Part shown: positions 17,967 to 27,934 of the stretch, one piece after another
Layout of the letters: the number at the start of each line of letters is the position of its first letter
How positions within the stretch are numbered: position 1 is the first letter of the stretch
Origin: Candidatus Hermodarchaeota archaeon
GTDB taxonomy: Archaea > Asgardarchaeota > Thorarchaeia > Thorarchaeales > Thorarchaeaceae
NCBI GenBank assembly: GCA_048885865.1
Contig: JBHLLF010000012.1
Location: 16,106 to 80,105 of the forward strand
DNA: 64,000 nt
Reading direction: 5' to 3'
The notes under the pieces: generated by a model
The model's input: the letters and a program-made list of their open reading frames with translations, nothing else
Database searches by the model: none
Told to the model about the DNA's origin: nothing
Translations under genes and position numbers: made by a program

Positions 17967-20042
17967 ATGACAACAGAAATGGAGACCGAAGAGAGAAGAT
18001 TCGAGGAATTCATTCGCACTTTCAAAGATGAACATGGCAATCCAGTCTACTGGTCTAAAGTACAAGAGATGTCCGTTGACGGTGAAACTTCATTAGTCAT
18101 AGACTTTGAAGATCTTATCAGCTTTGATAATGAATTTACAGCAGATGCCACAGAAGATCCTCAGTCATTTCTCAAGAACGCTCACAATGCATTGGTTACT
18201 ATCCTTAGAATCGAAGATCCAAAGTATGTTGAAGCAATTGGGCATGACGCATTAAATGTCCGCATCATTAACTATACTGATACTGTTCCTCTTAGATACA
18301 TACGGGCGCGTCACATCGGGAAGCTAATCCGTATCAAGGGTATCATGATGCGTGCAAGCGAAGTCAAGCCATTATTGGTCAATGCCACATTCGAATGCAG
18401 AATTTGTGGTGATGAAATTCCTCAAGAACAAGAGGAAGGTCGCTACACCGAACCCGCATTTTGTACTAGCTGCGGGAAAAAGACCCCTATGAAGCTGTTA
18501 CTTGGGCAAGGAAAATCACGGTTCATAGACTGGCAGAAGGTTCGAATACAGGAATCACCTGAGGAGCTTCCTCCAGGACAAATGCCACGGTCCGTCGATG
18601 CAGTGCTCAAGGGTGACATAGTGGACATCTCAAGACCTGGGGACATGGTCAATGTGACAGGAATGCTCCAAACCGCACCTGACTTCTCTAGGAGGGGCGG
18701 GAAGCTAGCCACCTTTAGAGTGTTTATCGAAGCCAATGGAGTAGAAGTTGCAGAGAAGGAATATGAGCTTGATATTTCCCCTGAAGACAGGGAAGAGATA
18801 CTCGCACTGTCTGAGAATCCATATATTCATGAGAAGATTTACAGATCAATTGCACCTGCAATCCAAGGGCATGACGACATCAAGAAATCAATCTCACTTC
18901 TTCTATTCGGTGGAGTCGAGAAGATTTTCGAAGATGAAGGAATTCGGCTAAGGGGACGGTCAAACATTCTACTAGTTGGTGATCCCGGGACTGGAAAAAG
19001 CCAGATCTTGAAGTATGTGGCAGATCTTGGCTCCAGAGCCCTGTACACATCAGGAAAGGGTACCACTGCTGCAGGTCTGACAGCAGCTGTTGTTCATGAT
19101 ACTGACAGCGGAGCTATGACACTTGAAGCTGGAGCGTTGGTTCTGGCAGACAAAGGAATTGCATGCATAGATGAGTTTGACAAAATGGATCCAAATGATC
19201 GAACAGCAATACACGAAGCAATGGAACAACATACTGTGAGCATAGCAAAGGCTGGCATTGTTGCGACATTGAATGCACGCACTTCCATTCTAGCCGCGGC
19301 GAATCCCTCACTTGGCCGATATAACATTTCATGGACTCCACAAGAAAACATCAAGCTACCCTTCACAATTCTGTCCAGATTTGATTTAATCTGGGTCATG
19401 ATTGACACTCCTGATGAAGAGCGCGACAAAGACCTAGCAGGATTCATTCTAGATTTACATCAGGGGAAACCGAGGAAGGTAAGAGATGAAACAGCCCCAA
19501 TCCCGAAGAAGCTCTTGAAGAAGTATATTGCATTTGCGCACCGCGAGTTCGAGCCTAAACTGACCCCTGAGGCTGCTGAGGCAATAAAGGACTTCTATGT
19601 GGGTCTTCGAAAAAAGGCTCAAGAAGAAGATGCCCCTATACCTATCACTGCCCGGCAGCTGGAGTCATTAGTACGTCTTGCAGAAGCTCGAGCAAGAATG
19701 GCACTAAAGCGCGAAGTCAGCAGAGAGGACGGGCTAGCGGCTGTTGACCTTATGAAGGCATCAATGCAAATGGTGTTTTATGATGTTGAAACTGGTGAAT
19801 TTGACGCAGACCGGATTTATGCAGAAGAGTCTTCGAGTCAGAGACAAATTAGAACTGCAATTATCGAAACCCTCAAGGAAATGGAAGACGACGGTGTGAA
19901 TAGCGAGGTTGAGCTTTTGCAGAGACTAGAGATCAAGAAGATTTCAAGAGAAAGAGCTGGGCCGGTCATAGAGAAGCTTCTACTAGAGGGTACTGCATAT
20001 AGGCCTAAAGGCGAGGGTACCATACGACTGCCGCCAAAGTAA
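17967..20042 (+). CDS. mcm: Replicative helicase MCM
   Basis: Zinc finger, GDPGTGKSQ, IDEFDKM, SRFD, TARQLE, C-terminal wHTH; no intein. Confidence 0.97.
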   Translation: MTTEMETEERRFEEFIRTFKDEHGNPVYWSKVQEMSVDGETSLVIDFEDLISFDNEFTADATEDPQSFLKNAHNALVTILRIEDPKYVEAIGHDALNVRIINYTDTVPLRYIRARHIGKLIRIKGIMMRASEVKPLLVNATFECRICGDEIPQEQEEGRYTEPAFCTSCGKKTPMKLLLGQGKSRFIDWQKVRIQESPEELPPGQMPRSVDAVLKGDIVDISRPGDMVNVTGMLQTAPDFSRRGGKLATFRVFIEANGVEVAEKEYELDISPEDREEILALSENPYIHEKIYRSIAPAIQGHDDIKKSISLLLFGGVEKIFEDEGIRLRGRSNILLVGDPGTGKSQILKYVADLGSRALYTSGKGTTAAGLTAAVVHDTDSGAMTLEAGALVLADKGIACIDEFDKMDPNDRTAIHEAMEQHTVSIAKAGIVATLNARTSILAAANPSLGRYNISWTPQENIKLPFTILSRFDLIWVMIDTPDEERDKDLAGFILDLHQGKPRKVRDETAPIPKKLLKKYIAFAHREFEPKLTPEAAEAIKDFYVGLRKKAQEEDAPIPITARQLESLVRLAEARARMALKREVSREDGLAAVDLMKASMQMVFYDVETGEFDADRIYAEESSSQRQIRTAIIETLKEMEDDGVNSEVELLQRLEIKKISRERAGPVIEKLLLEGTAYRPKGEGTIRLPPK

Positions 20043-20062
20043 CAGGCAGCTTTACACTGGAG

Positions 20063-22315
20063 ATGACCACAACGCAGCTTGAGAGCTTGTCCGTAAATAA
20101 GAAGGTCATCAATCTGCTTCGGGATACTGGAATACTCACACTCTTTCCCCCTCAGATATCTGCCTTTGAAACAGGAGTGCTGGATGGCAACAATCTAGTT
20201 CTGGCAGTTCCCACAAGTTCTGGCAAGACGCTAGTGGCAGAGATATCCATGCTCAAGTGTATTCTAGATGGACGCGGCAAAGCATTGTATCTTGTTCCGC
20301 TACGGTCTCTTGCAAGAGAGAAGTATTCAGAATTCAAGAAATACGAATCACTAGGAATCACAGTCGCGATGTCTATAGGGGACTATGACTCGCCGGGCAC
20401 CCGTCTAAGAGAGGCAGATATAGTTGTATTGACGACAGAACGAGCTGACTCGTTAGTGCGCCATAGAACACAATGGCTTGAAGAAGTAGGAATCTTGGTG
20501 GTAGATGAGGTCCATCTAGTGAATGACCCACAACGGGGTCCTACACTGGAAATGGTCATTGCCAAGATGATGCAGAGTCTTCCAGATGTGCAGATTTTAG
20601 CATTGAGTGCCACCATCTCAAATTCTGAGAGAATTGCAGAGTGGCTGAGTGCAGATCTTGTCACAAGTTCGTGGAGACCGGTGCCATTGAAAGAAGGCGT
20701 CTACTTTGACAATAGAATCGCATTCATTCTTGAAGGAGAAACAAAGTCTATCCCCCGAAAGCGGTCGGAGATAATCGGTGACGTGGTCTGCGATATCTTG
20801 GATGAGAAGGGTCAGGCTCTTGTGTTTGTATCAAGTAGAAGGTCAACTGTTGCAGTAGCCAAGAAACTTGCATCATCTGTGCGTCCTTATGTCAATACAG
20901 ATGCGCATGAACGTCTAGCGAAAGCAGCTATGAAGCTGTCTGCAAGACCCTCAGCTCCTGAAGCAACGAAAACCCTAGCAAGAGTCATCGTTTCAGGAGT
21001 GGCATTTCACCATGCTGGACTTGATAACAATGAACGTACACTGGTTGAAGACTTCTTCAAAGACGATTTGCTAAAGGCTGTAATAGCAACTCCAACCTTG
21101 GCAGCTGGTGTGAATCTTCCAGCTAGACGAGTCATCATCCGTGATTATCGACGCTTTGAACAAGGACGAGGAAGCTATACTATTCCAGTCCTCGAGTACA
21201 AACAGATGGCCGGAAGGGCTGGCCGTCCAAAATACGACAGGTATGGAGAGGCAATACTCATTGCCAAATCCGAGCAAGAACGTGACGCACTAACGGACGA
21301 GTATGTATTAGCCCAACCAGAGAGAATCACATCCAAGCTCGCATCTCCTTCTGCTCTCCGTTCCCACCTACTTTCCACCATTGCTACAGAGATGACACGA
21401 GATAGAGAGGAAGTTGACTCATTGATTAGAGGAACGTTCTTCTCTTGCCAGTTTGACCCGTTAGAGATTCAGCATCATGTTTCGTCAGCTCTGATATTCC
21501 TTGAAGAGGGCCAACTGATTAGCACCGAATCTGGATCATACTCCGCAACCCCATTGGGCAAGAGAGCATCCAGACTATACATCGATCCCTACACTGCTAT
21601 ACTACTCCGCGATGCACTGACTGAAGCCGAAGAGGTTTCACTTATCGGTGCACTCCATCTCATATGCCATACTCCAGACCAGCAGACCACCTATCTTACC
21701 AAATCGGACTTTGATGAGTACGATTACTTTGTTGAAAGAAACAAGGATGACTTCCTGATTGAACCCCCAATAGATGAGTTTGATGACTACGGGGAGTTTC
21801 TTGCAGAGGTAAAGACCGCAAGACTACTGGAAGAATGGATCTCTGAAAGTTCGGAGCGTGAAATCACTGAAGGATTCAATGTGGGTATGGGTGATGTTCA
21901 TAGGTATGTTCAGACAGCAGAATGGTTGGCCTATTCAGCATCAGAGATTGCTAGAGTAATCAATACCACACAGCACATCCCGTTCTTCTACAATCTTCGG
22001 GCTCGTCTAAAATATGGAGTGCACAGAGAACTGCTGGATATTGTGAAACTTAGAGGAATCGGTCGCATAAGAGGAAGGATGCTTTATAGCAATGGTTTGA
22101 AGAATCAGTCTAATCTCTATCATGCATCCATTGAGCAAATCGCCCGTGTACCGACCATTGGCACTTCGTTGGCCAAATCAATAAAACGACAGCTCGGGGT
22201 GGATATTCCGATGACTGAGGACGAGACTGCCTCTCTTATCGAGTCTGCTGATGATGACGAGGACCCATTTTCGATTCAGACTCTTCTTGAAGACTTTGAG
22301 ATTGAGAATGACTAG
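20063..22315 (+). CDS. hel308: Ski2-like DNA helicase Hel308/Hjm
   Basis: PTSSGKT, DEVH, LSAT, HHAGL, TLAAGVNLPA, QMAGRAGRP, C-terminal HhH GIGRIRGR. Confidence 0.95.
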   Translation: MTTTQLESLSVNKKVINLLRDTGILTLFPPQISAFETGVLDGNNLVLAVPTSSGKTLVAEISMLKCILDGRGKALYLVPLRSLAREKYSEFKKYESLGITVAMSIGDYDSPGTRLREADIVVLTTERADSLVRHRTQWLEEVGILVVDEVHLVNDPQRGPTLEMVIAKMMQSLPDVQILALSATISNSERIAEWLSADLVTSSWRPVPLKEGVYFDNRIAFILEGETKSIPRKRSEIIGDVVCDILDEKGQALVFVSSRRSTVAVAKKLASSVRPYVNTDAHERLAKAAMKLSARPSAPEATKTLARVIVSGVAFHHAGLDNNERTLVEDFFKDDLLKAVIATPTLAAGVNLPARRVIIRDYRRFEQGRGSYTIPVLEYKQMAGRAGRPKYDRYGEAILIAKSEQERDALTDEYVLAQPERITSKLASPSALRSHLLSTIATEMTRDREEVDSLIRGTFFSCQFDPLEIQHHVSSALIFLEEGQLISTESGSYSATPLGKRASRLYIDPYTAILLRDALTEAEEVSLIGALHLICHTPDQQTTYLTKSDFDEYDYFVERNKDDFLIEPPIDEFDDYGEFLAEVKTARLLEEWISESSEREITEGFNVGMGDVHRYVQTAEWLAYSASEIARVINTTQHIPFFYNLRARLKYGVHRELLDIVKLRGIGRIRGRMLYSNGLKNQSNLYHASIEQIARVPTIGTSLAKSIKRQLGVDIPMTEDETASLIESADDDEDPFSIQTLLEDFEIEND

Positions 22316-23367
22316 AAGTAAAAATCACTCAAGTTCTTTCTTAGCCTGTCAACAAGCTCTTCTGTATACTTTGTACAGTTCTCACTCTCAGAATGTTCGT
22401 CTGTGTATGCTGTAACATCAGTGCCACATAGCTCCTCGATTATATTGCGTGAGCATTTCCCTACTATATCGAGATCATAGCCCCCTTCGATGAAGAATGC
22501 GACTCTCCCTTCACAAATACTCTTTGCCATTGAGTTTAGTCGTGAGTTCATCATTGCCATTCCTGAGGTAGTTAGACCTAAGACAGTCAATGGGTCACTG
22601 AAGTGCCCATCAAACCCACATGAAACAAGCACAAACTCGGGTCTATATGACTCGCCAATCTTCTCCACAATTTCCGTAAATGCGATGTCGTAGGACTTGT
22701 CACCAGCTCCTGGATACATCGCAAGATTCACGTTGTATCCTTTTCCTTCCCCCGAACCGATTTCATCCGGAAATCCTGAACCGGGGAAAAGCGTTCGCCC
22801 GTCTTGATGGAGCCCTATGTAAAGCACCTGGTTACTACTGTAAAACGTATTCTGGGTTCCATTTCCATGGTGAGCATCATAGTCAACAATTAGCACTCTC
22901 TGGATGCCATGTTGTTGAAGAAGATGTTTTGCTGCGACCGCGACATTGTTGATGAAACAGAACCCAAAGGCTCTATCGTATTCTGCGTGATGTCCTGGTG
23001 GGCGGCACAATACGTACGCGTTGTCAGATTCACCTTGCATGATTCTGTCCATAGCTAATGTTCCAGCACCAGCAGCCATCATGGCAGCTTCATAGGTGTA
23101 TTCATTGACAGCTGTATCCAATGTGAAGTATCCACCACCCCTTTCGGACTTAGTCCTGACCAATTCGATGTACTGTCTATCATGAATGGAATGGACCAAT
23201 TCCAGATCAGCTGGCATGGCCTCTACGATTCTGACCTTGGACTCCTCAAGAAGACCGGTTTCTTTGATATGTTTCATAGCAGAAATCAATCTCTCAGGCC
23301 TTTCTGGGTGACTTGGTGATATCATATGCTTAGTGAACACTTCATGATAGAGCAGATCTGTGACCAT
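22312..23367 (-). CDS. Histone deacetylase-family (Zn-dependent) deacetylase
   Basis: HPERPERL, RPPGHHA, GFCFINN, DAHHGNGTQ, EGGY. Confidence 0.93.
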   Translation of the reverse strand: MVTDLLYHEVFTKHMISPSHPERPERLISAMKHIKETGLLEESKVRIVEAMPADLELVHSIHDRQYIELVRTKSERGGGYFTLDTAVNEYTYEAAMMAAGAGTLAMDRIMQGESDNAYVLCRPPGHHAEYDRAFGFCFINNVAVAAKHLLQQHGIQRVLIVDYDAHHGNGTQNTFYSSNQVLYIGLHQDGRTLFPGSGFPDEIGSGEGKGYNVNLAMYPGAGDKSYDIAFTEIVEKIGESYRPEFVLVSCGFDGHFSDPLTVLGLTTSGMAMMNSRLNSMAKSICEGRVAFFIEGGYDLDIVGKCSRNIIEELCGTDVTAYTDEHSESENCTKYTEELVDRLRKNLSDFYF

Positions 23368-23512
23368 TATTACATCCCAAGTCCTCCTTGGTTCAATTCC
23401 CTAAGATAAGTGTAGACCTCAGACCCAATGCAATCGAATCCATTAGAACACGTGTTCTAATACACTTTGCAATAACGTTTATCTTGACATCGGTTTACGA
23501 CAACGACTGCAA

Positions 23513-23621
23513 GGGTCGGTAGTCTAGCTTGGTATGATTCTTGCTTGGGGCGACTAAGGACCTAGGGCCTCAAGTCACAGAATGCAAGAGATCGGGCGTT
23601 CAAGTCGCCCCCGGCCCACCA
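23513..23621 (+). tRNA. tRNA-Pro(GGG) with 32-nt canonical intron 37/38 (23551-23582), CCA encoded
   Basis: GGGTCGGTAGTCTAGCTTGGTATGATTCTTGCTTGGGG[intron]TGCAAGAGATCGGGCGTTCAAGTCGCCCCCGGCCCACCA. Confidence 0.92.
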
Positions 23622-23624
23622 TTT

Positions 23625-24188
23625 TCACGAAGCCTGTACTTCCCATAGAGTTTCATAGATTGGTCCTGAGGAGGTCAGAGTGCTTTTCGTCATCCTGAAA
23701 CAATCGACAGTCATAGTTCCTACTGACTCATTTGTCAGATGTTCGATGTTTTCCCTTATTTGGCTACGATCACGTACAGCCCTGACCCGTGCAATTGTTG
23801 CATGAGCATGGAACTTCCTGTCACGTGAATAGCCTAAATTACCAAGCCGGTCATCAATTTCCAGTTTCAGATCTTTTACTCTTCCTGCATTGTCAGATAC
23901 CCCCACCCATATGACTCTAGGGCGGCTGGCGCTTGGGAATGCGCCCACGCCATCAATCCGGATTGTAAAGGATTCATACCTGATATCTGAAAGCTCATCT
24001 CTAATTCTCTCAATATCCGTATTTGGTGTATCCCCAAGGAATCTCAATGTGAAGTGGATATTCTCTCTTTCCACCAGTTTCATTTTTGCTGACTGACTGT
24101 CTAGTAATGATTGAATGTGAGCAATTCTTGAGAGAAGCGCCTCATCATCGATGTCAATACTGAGAAACACCCGACTTACTGATGACAC
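23625..24188 (-). CDS. thpR: RNA 2',3'-cyclic phosphodiesterase (2H family, LigT/ThpR)
   Basis: Two HxT motifs (HFTL, HATI), FP..RPRVIW, S.LT..GPIY. Confidence 0.92.
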   Translation of the reverse strand: MSSVSRVFLSIDIDDEALLSRIAHIQSLLDSQSAKMKLVERENIHFTLRFLGDTPNTDIERIRDELSDIRYESFTIRIDGVGAFPSASRPRVIWVGVSDNAGRVKDLKLEIDDRLGNLGYSRDRKFHAHATIARVRAVRDRSQIRENIEHLTNESVGTMTVDCFRMTKSTLTSSGPIYETLWEVQAS

Positions 24189-24292
24189 ATCGATTCACCT
24201 CGCTCTATCATTTCAGGAAACATAGTGTCATATTAGACTGACGACCGCAAGGGTAAAGTGGAGTACCACTTCGCTTTCAAGGGACCCTGACC

Positions 24293-24832
24293 ATGAAGCT
24301 CGTAATACTAACTGGGATGCCTGGATCCGGTAAGAGCGAAGTTGCAGATGCATTTCATAATGCTGGTTTTCCGGTCATTGTCATGGGCGATGTCATTCGC
24401 AAAGAAGTGGAGCGTCGTGGAATGGATGTAACTCCCAAAAACAACAAGTTAGTCATGTTGGAGCTTCGCGATCGAGATGGTCCAGGTGCTGTGGCTAAAC
24501 GCTGTTTGGAATCTCTGAACAACTCAGACTCCAAAGTAGTAGTGATAGAGGGATGCAGAAGTCTTGCCGAAGTTGATGTGTTCGATGACTATGCGAAAGA
24601 AGTATGCATAGTCTGTGTACATGCGTCCCCAAAAACGCGTTTTTCACGTCTGCAGAAGCGTGGCAGAAAGGATGACCCTCAGGACTGGGCAACGTTCAGA
24701 GAACGTGACCTCCGCGAAGTATCTGTTGGTCTAGGAGCAGTAATCGCACTTAGTGATATTGTAATAGTGAATGAAGGAACCTTAGAAGAGCTACGGAATG
24801 AATCTAACACTCTTGTTCAGAGGCTTACTTAG
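24293..24832 (+). CDS. UPF0200 P-loop nucleotide kinase (dephospho-CoA/adenylate kinase-like)
   Basis: GMPGSGKS, MGDVIR, RFSRLQKRGRKDD. Confidence 0.85.
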   Translation: MKLVILTGMPGSGKSEVADAFHNAGFPVIVMGDVIRKEVERRGMDVTPKNNKLVMLELRDRDGPGAVAKRCLESLNNSDSKVVVIEGCRSLAEVDVFDDYAKEVCIVCVHASPKTRFSRLQKRGRKDDPQDWATFRERDLREVSVGLGAVIALSDIVIVNEGTLEELRNESNTLVQRLT

Positions 24833-25252
24833 ATGGATGCTATTGTAAGATGCCCTGTTAATCCTACAGAGGATAAGGCCCGAGTCTGTTCTGCACTTAC
24901 CAATCTCTTTGTTTCGGATAGCTCCTGCAAAGAAACCGAGTATGGCTACATGATGTTGAAATCAAATAGGAGAAGCTCGCTTGACCTTATGCAACAGCAC
25001 ATTCACGTGCTCCGGATTATTGATGCAGTACGGAAGAGAGTTTTGTCGAACTGGGATGGGACCAAGACATCTGTCTTCTTTGATAAGCAGGCTGCATATT
25101 ACGGGAAGCTGAGGCTTGTTGATGAAACCGAAGAAGAGCCTCCCCTAGGATGCATAGAACTAGAGATTATGTTTGAGGATGAGGATGCCTTTGATAAGTT
25201 CCTTGCATGGTTTGTGCCTCCTACTGAGGATGGAAAGATTGTTACCAGTTAG
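24833..25252 (+). CDS. UPF0201/DUF54 RNA-binding protein
   Basis: VNPTEDxxRV..AL.NL, I.DA.R, DKQAA..G, PLG.I. Confidence 0.85.
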   Translation: MDAIVRCPVNPTEDKARVCSALTNLFVSDSSCKETEYGYMMLKSNRRSSLDLMQQHIHVLRIIDAVRKRVLSNWDGTKTSVFFDKQAAYYGKLRLVDETEEEPPLGCIELEIMFEDEDAFDKFLAWFVPPTEDGKIVTS

Positions 25253-26280
25253 AACTGTGCTGTTGTGACTTCGCGTGTGAGACCACTATGCACAGGTACA
25301 AGAACATGATATTTGACAGCAAATCCCAAGTCTTGCATCATTTCCTTGATTTCTAGTTCTTGGCTTCCACAGATGCATAGGCGTCCTCCGTCTTTGAGAA
25401 TCTCAGGTACTTGTTCTAAGAAGGTTAGGGCGAGTCTTCTCGCCTTTGCACCTCTGGTGGAACTGGTCCGACCATATGGGGGATCCGTAACTATACAGTC
25501 TACCTTCTTTACCTGTAAAGGCGGCCAACGCGAATCAGCTTGGATGACAGATGATTCTTCGTCCATTAAATCTGCAAGATTCTTCATCGCACCCATGATT
25601 AAACGCCAGTTAAGGTCCCATCCCAATACCCTTGCTCCTAGGATGGCTGCTTCGCATAAGATGCCCCCGCCCCCGCAAAATGGATCGATTACAGTCACTT
25701 CGGGTCTAACACCAGCAAGATTGCAGATCACTCTCGCCAACTGGGAATTCATCATTGATGGGTGGAAGAAGGGCTTCTTCCCTGGTTCCCTGAGTCTTAG
25801 CTCCTGCCTTAGCTTCGACTCTTTGGAAACGCAAACCAGCGTTCTATCGGGAACTATCATAACGAGTATTCTTACATCCGGGTTGTCTAATGCTACTCTT
25901 GCATCGGTCAGATTGCCGATACGTGCACCCAATGACTCACTCAGTCTATTCCTGTGTTCTACATGTCTTTCTTCTACAAAAGACTTAGTCCTAATTGAGA
26001 ATGTTTCTGTTGGTTTCACACATGACACTAGAATATCATCTGAAAGCCATTCTAGTGATGCATCTGACAGTTGTCCCTGAGCAATTATGGCTCCCGCTTC
26101 TTTTACCATGGCAGCCCTTTCCAGCAGAAAATCAGTGAGGTCATAGGTTGACTCAATCTGAGCTAGAGGCCCAAGCCACGTAACCTTGGCATCAGCTCCT
26201 GCTAACTCAATCAACGAATCAATCTCAGCCTTAGCGAGGTTGAAATTCTCGCCCGATATGATCACAAAGAAGGTTCGCAA
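25249..26280 (-). CDS. trmG10: tRNA (guanine-10-N2)-methyltransferase, THUMP plus SAM domain
   Basis: PFFHPSMM, DPFCGGGG, TDPPYGR, VHSGLTR. Confidence 0.88.
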   Translation of the reverse strand: MRTFFVIISGENFNLAKAEIDSLIELAGADAKVTWLGPLAQIESTYDLTDFLLERAAMVKEAGAIIAQGQLSDASLEWLSDDILVSCVKPTETFSIRTKSFVEERHVEHRNRLSESLGARIGNLTDARVALDNPDVRILVMIVPDRTLVCVSKESKLRQELRLREPGKKPFFHPSMMNSQLARVICNLAGVRPEVTVIDPFCGGGGILCEAAILGARVLGWDLNWRLIMGAMKNLADLMDEESSVIQADSRWPPLQVKKVDCIVTDPPYGRTSSTRGAKARRLALTFLEQVPEILKDGGRLCICGSQELEIKEMMQDLGFAVKYHVLVPVHSGLTREVTTAQF

Positions 26281-26293
26281 TTTAAACCCCTGA

Positions 26294-27058
26294 TCAGACT
26301 ACCAGATTGTCCCCGCCCAGGAATGCACGTTGGAGCTCTCCATATAGGATTTCAACTCCATCCATGAGCTTTGCAGATACAGGTACGACAGGACTGCCCC
26401 CGCCGATGTCATCAAGCATACGAAGAATTGCACTGGAGTATTCTCGAACAAGACCAGTGGAACTGTCTTCGAGAGCCTCTTCCAGCAGGTAGGTGTCAGA
26501 TGACCATGATAGTATTTCATCTATTTGCTCCTCCATAAGGATATCAGGTTTGCTTAGAACGCCGATTTGAGGGAGACCAAAACGGATGCTTATCGAGATA
26601 CCAAGAAGCATTGAAGAAAGATATCCAACTGGCGTGCGAGCAATATTCGAATCAAGCAGATAGAGCGAAACAGCTGGATCTTGACCCATAAGGCTTGATA
26701 CCATCAGAGGTCCGGAGTTTCGATAGGCAAAAAGCTCCATTTGTCCGGGACAGTCAACCAAGACATAATCGCGTTCAAGTTCGAATATCTCTTCTCGCAT
26801 ATCACCCACATGACCTATAGCCATGTCCAGGGATGCAACAAGAGCACCATTTGGACCCAAACCAAACTGCTGCATCACTTCGCCATAGTTCACATATTCA
26901 CGGATATCGACATCACTTGTGTAAGGTGGATCATCTACTCCAGGATCAAGATTCACAACAGTGACGCTTGTTTCCGCCTCCACCAGCCATTTCTCAAGAG
27001 ATGATGTAAGAAGCGATTTTCCTGATCCCGCAGTGCCAACTAAGAATGTGAAGAACAT
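26294..27058 (-). CDS. GPN-loop GTPase
   Basis: GTAGSGKS, NLDPG, LGPNG, DCPGQMELF. Confidence 0.93.
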   Translation of the reverse strand: MFFTFLVGTAGSGKSLLTSSLEKWLVEAETSVTVVNLDPGVDDPPYTSDVDIREYVNYGEVMQQFGLGPNGALVASLDMAIGHVGDMREEIFELERDYVLVDCPGQMELFAYRNSGPLMVSSLMGQDPAVSLYLLDSNIARTPVGYLSSMLLGISISIRFGLPQIGVLSKPDILMEEQIDEILSWSSDTYLLEEALEDSSTGLVREYSSAILRMLDDIGGGSPVVPVSAKLMDGVEILYGELQRAFLGGDNLVV

Positions 27059-27176
27059 GACTTCAACCGAATTGCTTTGAGCAATGAGCTCTCTTTGAGT
27101 CCTTCGGTCGTATAGGTTAAGTGGCTACATATCACTTCGCAAATCTTTATCAGAAAAGCACCTTTGGAATCATGGT

Positions 27177-27917
27177 ATGGAAGGAAGTGAGGCATTGCAT
27201 AGGCTGGCCGAAGCCATGGCGGGAGAGATATGCCTCGCTGAGAATGATCCTGGAGCTGTGATGAAACGCTGGCGCGAGCGTTTTCAAATCTCTCAGAAAC
27301 ACTTGGCAAAACATCTAGGCGTATCGCCTTCTGTAATCAGCGATTATGAAAGCGGAAGAAGAAAATCACCTCGGGTTGAAACCATAAGGCGATTTGTTGA
27401 AGGCTTAATCGAGATGGACGCTGTTAATGGTGGAAGAGTTGCAATGGCACTTGAGAAACTCATAGCTCCAGAAATAGCATCTGATGCCATACTTGACAGT
27501 AGGGAATTTGGGTTACCTGTACCAGCACGTCTGCTAGTCGACCGTCTTGAATGCAAAATTCTCACACACAGTAATCTGCTAGATCGTGACATCTATGGTT
27601 ACACAGCGCTAGACAGTGTAAAGGCCATTGTCAGTTTGACACCACAGCAGCTTCTTCGACTGTATGGAGGAACCACTCAAAGGGCGGCAATTCTCACGAA
27701 CGTTACTACTGGACGTTCTCCCATGGTTGCAATAAAGGCGAGTCAGATTGGCACTTCTGCTGCAGTGAAGCCAGCTGTTGTAATATTACAAGGAGTTAAG
27801 GAGCTTGACCCACTTGCTGTCAAAATTGCAGACAGTATTCATCTACCTCTTTGCGTGTCAGACCTAGCTGCCGACGAATTGGTTCGAGAGTTAAGGTCAT
27901 TCAACCCACAGATGTAG
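27177..27917 (+). CDS. XRE-family HTH regulator with C-terminal DRTGG-like domain
   Basis: SQKHLA..LGVSPSVISDYESGRRKSP; GYT.LDS..AI; V.TGRSPMVAI. Confidence 0.88.
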   Translation: MEGSEALHRLAEAMAGEICLAENDPGAVMKRWRERFQISQKHLAKHLGVSPSVISDYESGRRKSPRVETIRRFVEGLIEMDAVNGGRVAMALEKLIAPEIASDAILDSREFGLPVPARLLVDRLECKILTHSNLLDRDIYGYTALDSVKAIVSLTPQQLLRLYGGTTQRAAILTNVTTGRSPMVAIKASQIGTSAAVKPAVVILQGVKELDPLAVKIADSIHLPLCVSDLAADELVRELRSFNPQM

Positions 27918-27934
27918 ACCATTGAGGGACCCTT

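Noticed and set aside
25313-26080. 255-aa plus-strand ORF, and similar long antisense ORFs at 15314, 37994 and 48717
   Set aside because: Fully antisense to well-supported genes, with Ser/Ile-rich shadow composition.
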